Part shown: one piece after another, positions 61,950-64,000 of the stretch | Position numbering within the stretch: position 1 is the first letter of the stretch | Layout: each line of letters starts with the position of its first letter | Program-made: the position numbers and the translations under genes | The notes under the pieces: model-generated | Seen by the model: the letters and a program-made list of their open reading frames with translations, nothing else | The model's database searches: none | What the model was told of the DNA's origin: nothing | DNA from: Selaginella moellendorffii | Taxonomy: Eukaryota; Plantae; Lycopodiophyta | NCBI RefSeq assembly: GCF_000143415.4 | Contig: NW_003314300.1 | Span: 1,409,014-1,473,013 of the forward strand | Direction: 5' to 3' | DNA length: 64,000 nt

Positions 61950-62530
61950 ATTAACCAACTCAAAAAAAAAGAGTATATTGTTCTCTTCAACATTGACTTG
62001 TTATTTAGGGCCAAGATTGCAATATATCATCATTTTCCAACTAGGGATGCTCTTCTAACTAAGGTTCCTATTCAACGTCAATCACTGAAAGATATCAAAA
62101 TTTTACATACAACATCAAGGACATGTTGGAGGAAGGGTGTTATTCAAAAGTCATAGAATTCTTGGGCATGTAAGCCTTATCTGTAACAAAGTTTGATAAG
62201 AGTATTCAATTTTGCAACAACTATCATTTGTTAACAAAGTAATTATCCCAAATATGTATTCACTTCCTCACATTGCTAATCTCTTGAAGTATATTGGAAA
62301 AAGTCATTAATTCACCAAATTAAATTTTACTTCCAGATGTTGATAGCCAAGGAAAATGTTCTCAAGATTCTTTTTCATACACTATTTGGTTTGTATGAGT
62401 TCCTAGTGGTGTAATTTAGGTTGAACAATATTTCAATAACTTTGTAGTGAATGATAGATGGGGTTTTTTATGATATACCAAAGGTGACTATTGACTTTCT
62501 TGATAATGTCTTAATCTACTCAGAGAAAAC
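61950..62530 (+). mobile_element. Highly degenerate Gypsy reverse transcriptase remnant
   Basis: Remnants FTKLN, YEFLVV*F.LNN and FLDNVLIYSE with many stops. Confidence 0.6.
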
Positions 62531-64000
62531 ATGAAAGGATAAATTAATTTCTATTTTTTGTGATAAAGTAATTTGTGCAATAAATGAGATAATCCCATAT
62601 AAATAATAAAATTTAAAATATCTTATATATATTAATAAGAGTAATATAAAATATACATAACTATGCTATATTAAGAAAAATAAAAAACATATGAAAATGT
62701 ATCATACTTTAAACATAAATATTGTTTGCTTTATTATATCTATATCTTAACTTTGAAGAATGCCCCATTTTTTTGGCCTTTTAAAGGGTTGTGTTATATG
62801 AGATCTACCTTTCACCTTAAAATCTTATTAATTCATATTACAAAATATAGTTATAGTTTAATGATAGTTAATTTAATAGTTGACATAATAGAAACAATAA
62901 TAATACATGAATCTACTAAAATTGACTCCTTGATGCACTATTTATGTTCAACTGTTTCTCTCTAAGTATGATTTGAACTCTTAAGAAACTTATACTTTTA
63001 TAAAACAATTTACTTTAATTTTGAAAAATTCTTTTCCATTTTAGTCTTTCTTTTAAAATACTTAATAATAAATAGTTTATTATCCATTTTGGAATTTATT
63101 TTTGATTCTATGATATTAAAATGCAAACTCTACATTATCATCTGATTTCTGTAGGCTAAAAAAAAACTTTTATTCATCAATGAAGATTAAGAATGTACAA
63201 AGCTAGAGCAAGGACCCATAATTAGAAAGATATTGTTTCTAGAATTTTAAAATTGTTACATTCTTCATATAAGTTGCTGTAATAAGAGTTATTGTGTCTA
63301 TGTAGGAAAGATTAACTACTTGATAGGTTGTGAAGATGCTATGTCTCAAAAGAGGTTGATTATATTCATGACCTTGCCTCAGTGAAATAACCTACTCAAC
63401 TACTCAAGTCAAGGTAACTAAAGATCAAGAGCTTGGACTCACAAGCTAAGTTTGATAAAACTTCAAGGCTTATGGGTTATTGATTGATATACTACTAGAA
63501 AATCAAGAAAAATATAAATAAATAATATATTTTTTTTTAAATTAGTTTTTTAATTTGTAGTTTATTATAAAGGAGCAAAATTAACAAACTTTATAATTTA
63601 TTTGTAAGTAAATTTCAGTTAAGACTTGCTTAAATATTTTTCTCAAATTGATCTATAAAGTATTGTTATTTATAATATTAAATGTTATTATGTAAACCTT
63701 GTAAGTAGCAAAATATATATAGCTAAGATATTGACATATTCAAGTATTCTTATTTTGAGTATAAAAACTAATAAATAATGACATTTGGAATTCATTTTCT
63801 TAAGAAATCCAATCTATACTTATGTTAAGATTGTGTTTACTGCCTATAAATTATTGAAAATATCAGTTACTAACAACCATAGTCATTTAATGTATTTCAA
63901 GCTTCTGTATTTAATTTTTTTGTTTACTTACTGCTATGCACAACCTCAAATTAGATGGATTGAAGGGCTTGCCATTTTGGTAATTGACATATATTAGGAC

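Overview
Plant nuclear genomic DNA. Very short introns (mostly ~45-70 nt), high gene density, telo-box promoters, PLS-DYW PPRs, a CVNH lectin and a Tcn1/Tf1-type chromovirus suggest a lycophyte such as Selaginella; the taxon is inferred, not proven. Layout: (1-1.6 kb) rearranged Copia remnant; (1.7-5.6 kb) three Uma2/PD-(D/E)xK nuclease-like genes, one intact and two decayed copies each fused to a C-terminal ING-type PHD finger that the ORF track does not show; (5.8-7.2 kb) VPS26::GH18-chitinase chimeric pseudogene; PDI-like and CVNH genes; (11.9-17.4 kb) young full-length chromovirus with TSD, a self-priming PBS and a -1 frameshift signal, nested in an older Gypsy relic; SABATH methyltransferase plus pseudogene, nsLTP and amidohydrolase; (23.7-27.2 kb) gene fragments (PPR, GLB3, UGT) and a Crinkler-like P-loop NTPase; a Cassandra-like TRIM with 5S-derived LTRs; a MULE with long GC-rich TIRs in the 5' intron of a PPR gene; two PPR-DYW genes; TRAP-beta, acidic NLS protein, CAD, a plastid membrane protein, a DExH helicase and its scrambled duplicate; an orphan hydrophobic-hairpin protein; and an AT-rich TE tail with a second TRIM. 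The best candidate for an undescribed system is the Uma2-nuclease + PHD-reader gene cluster.
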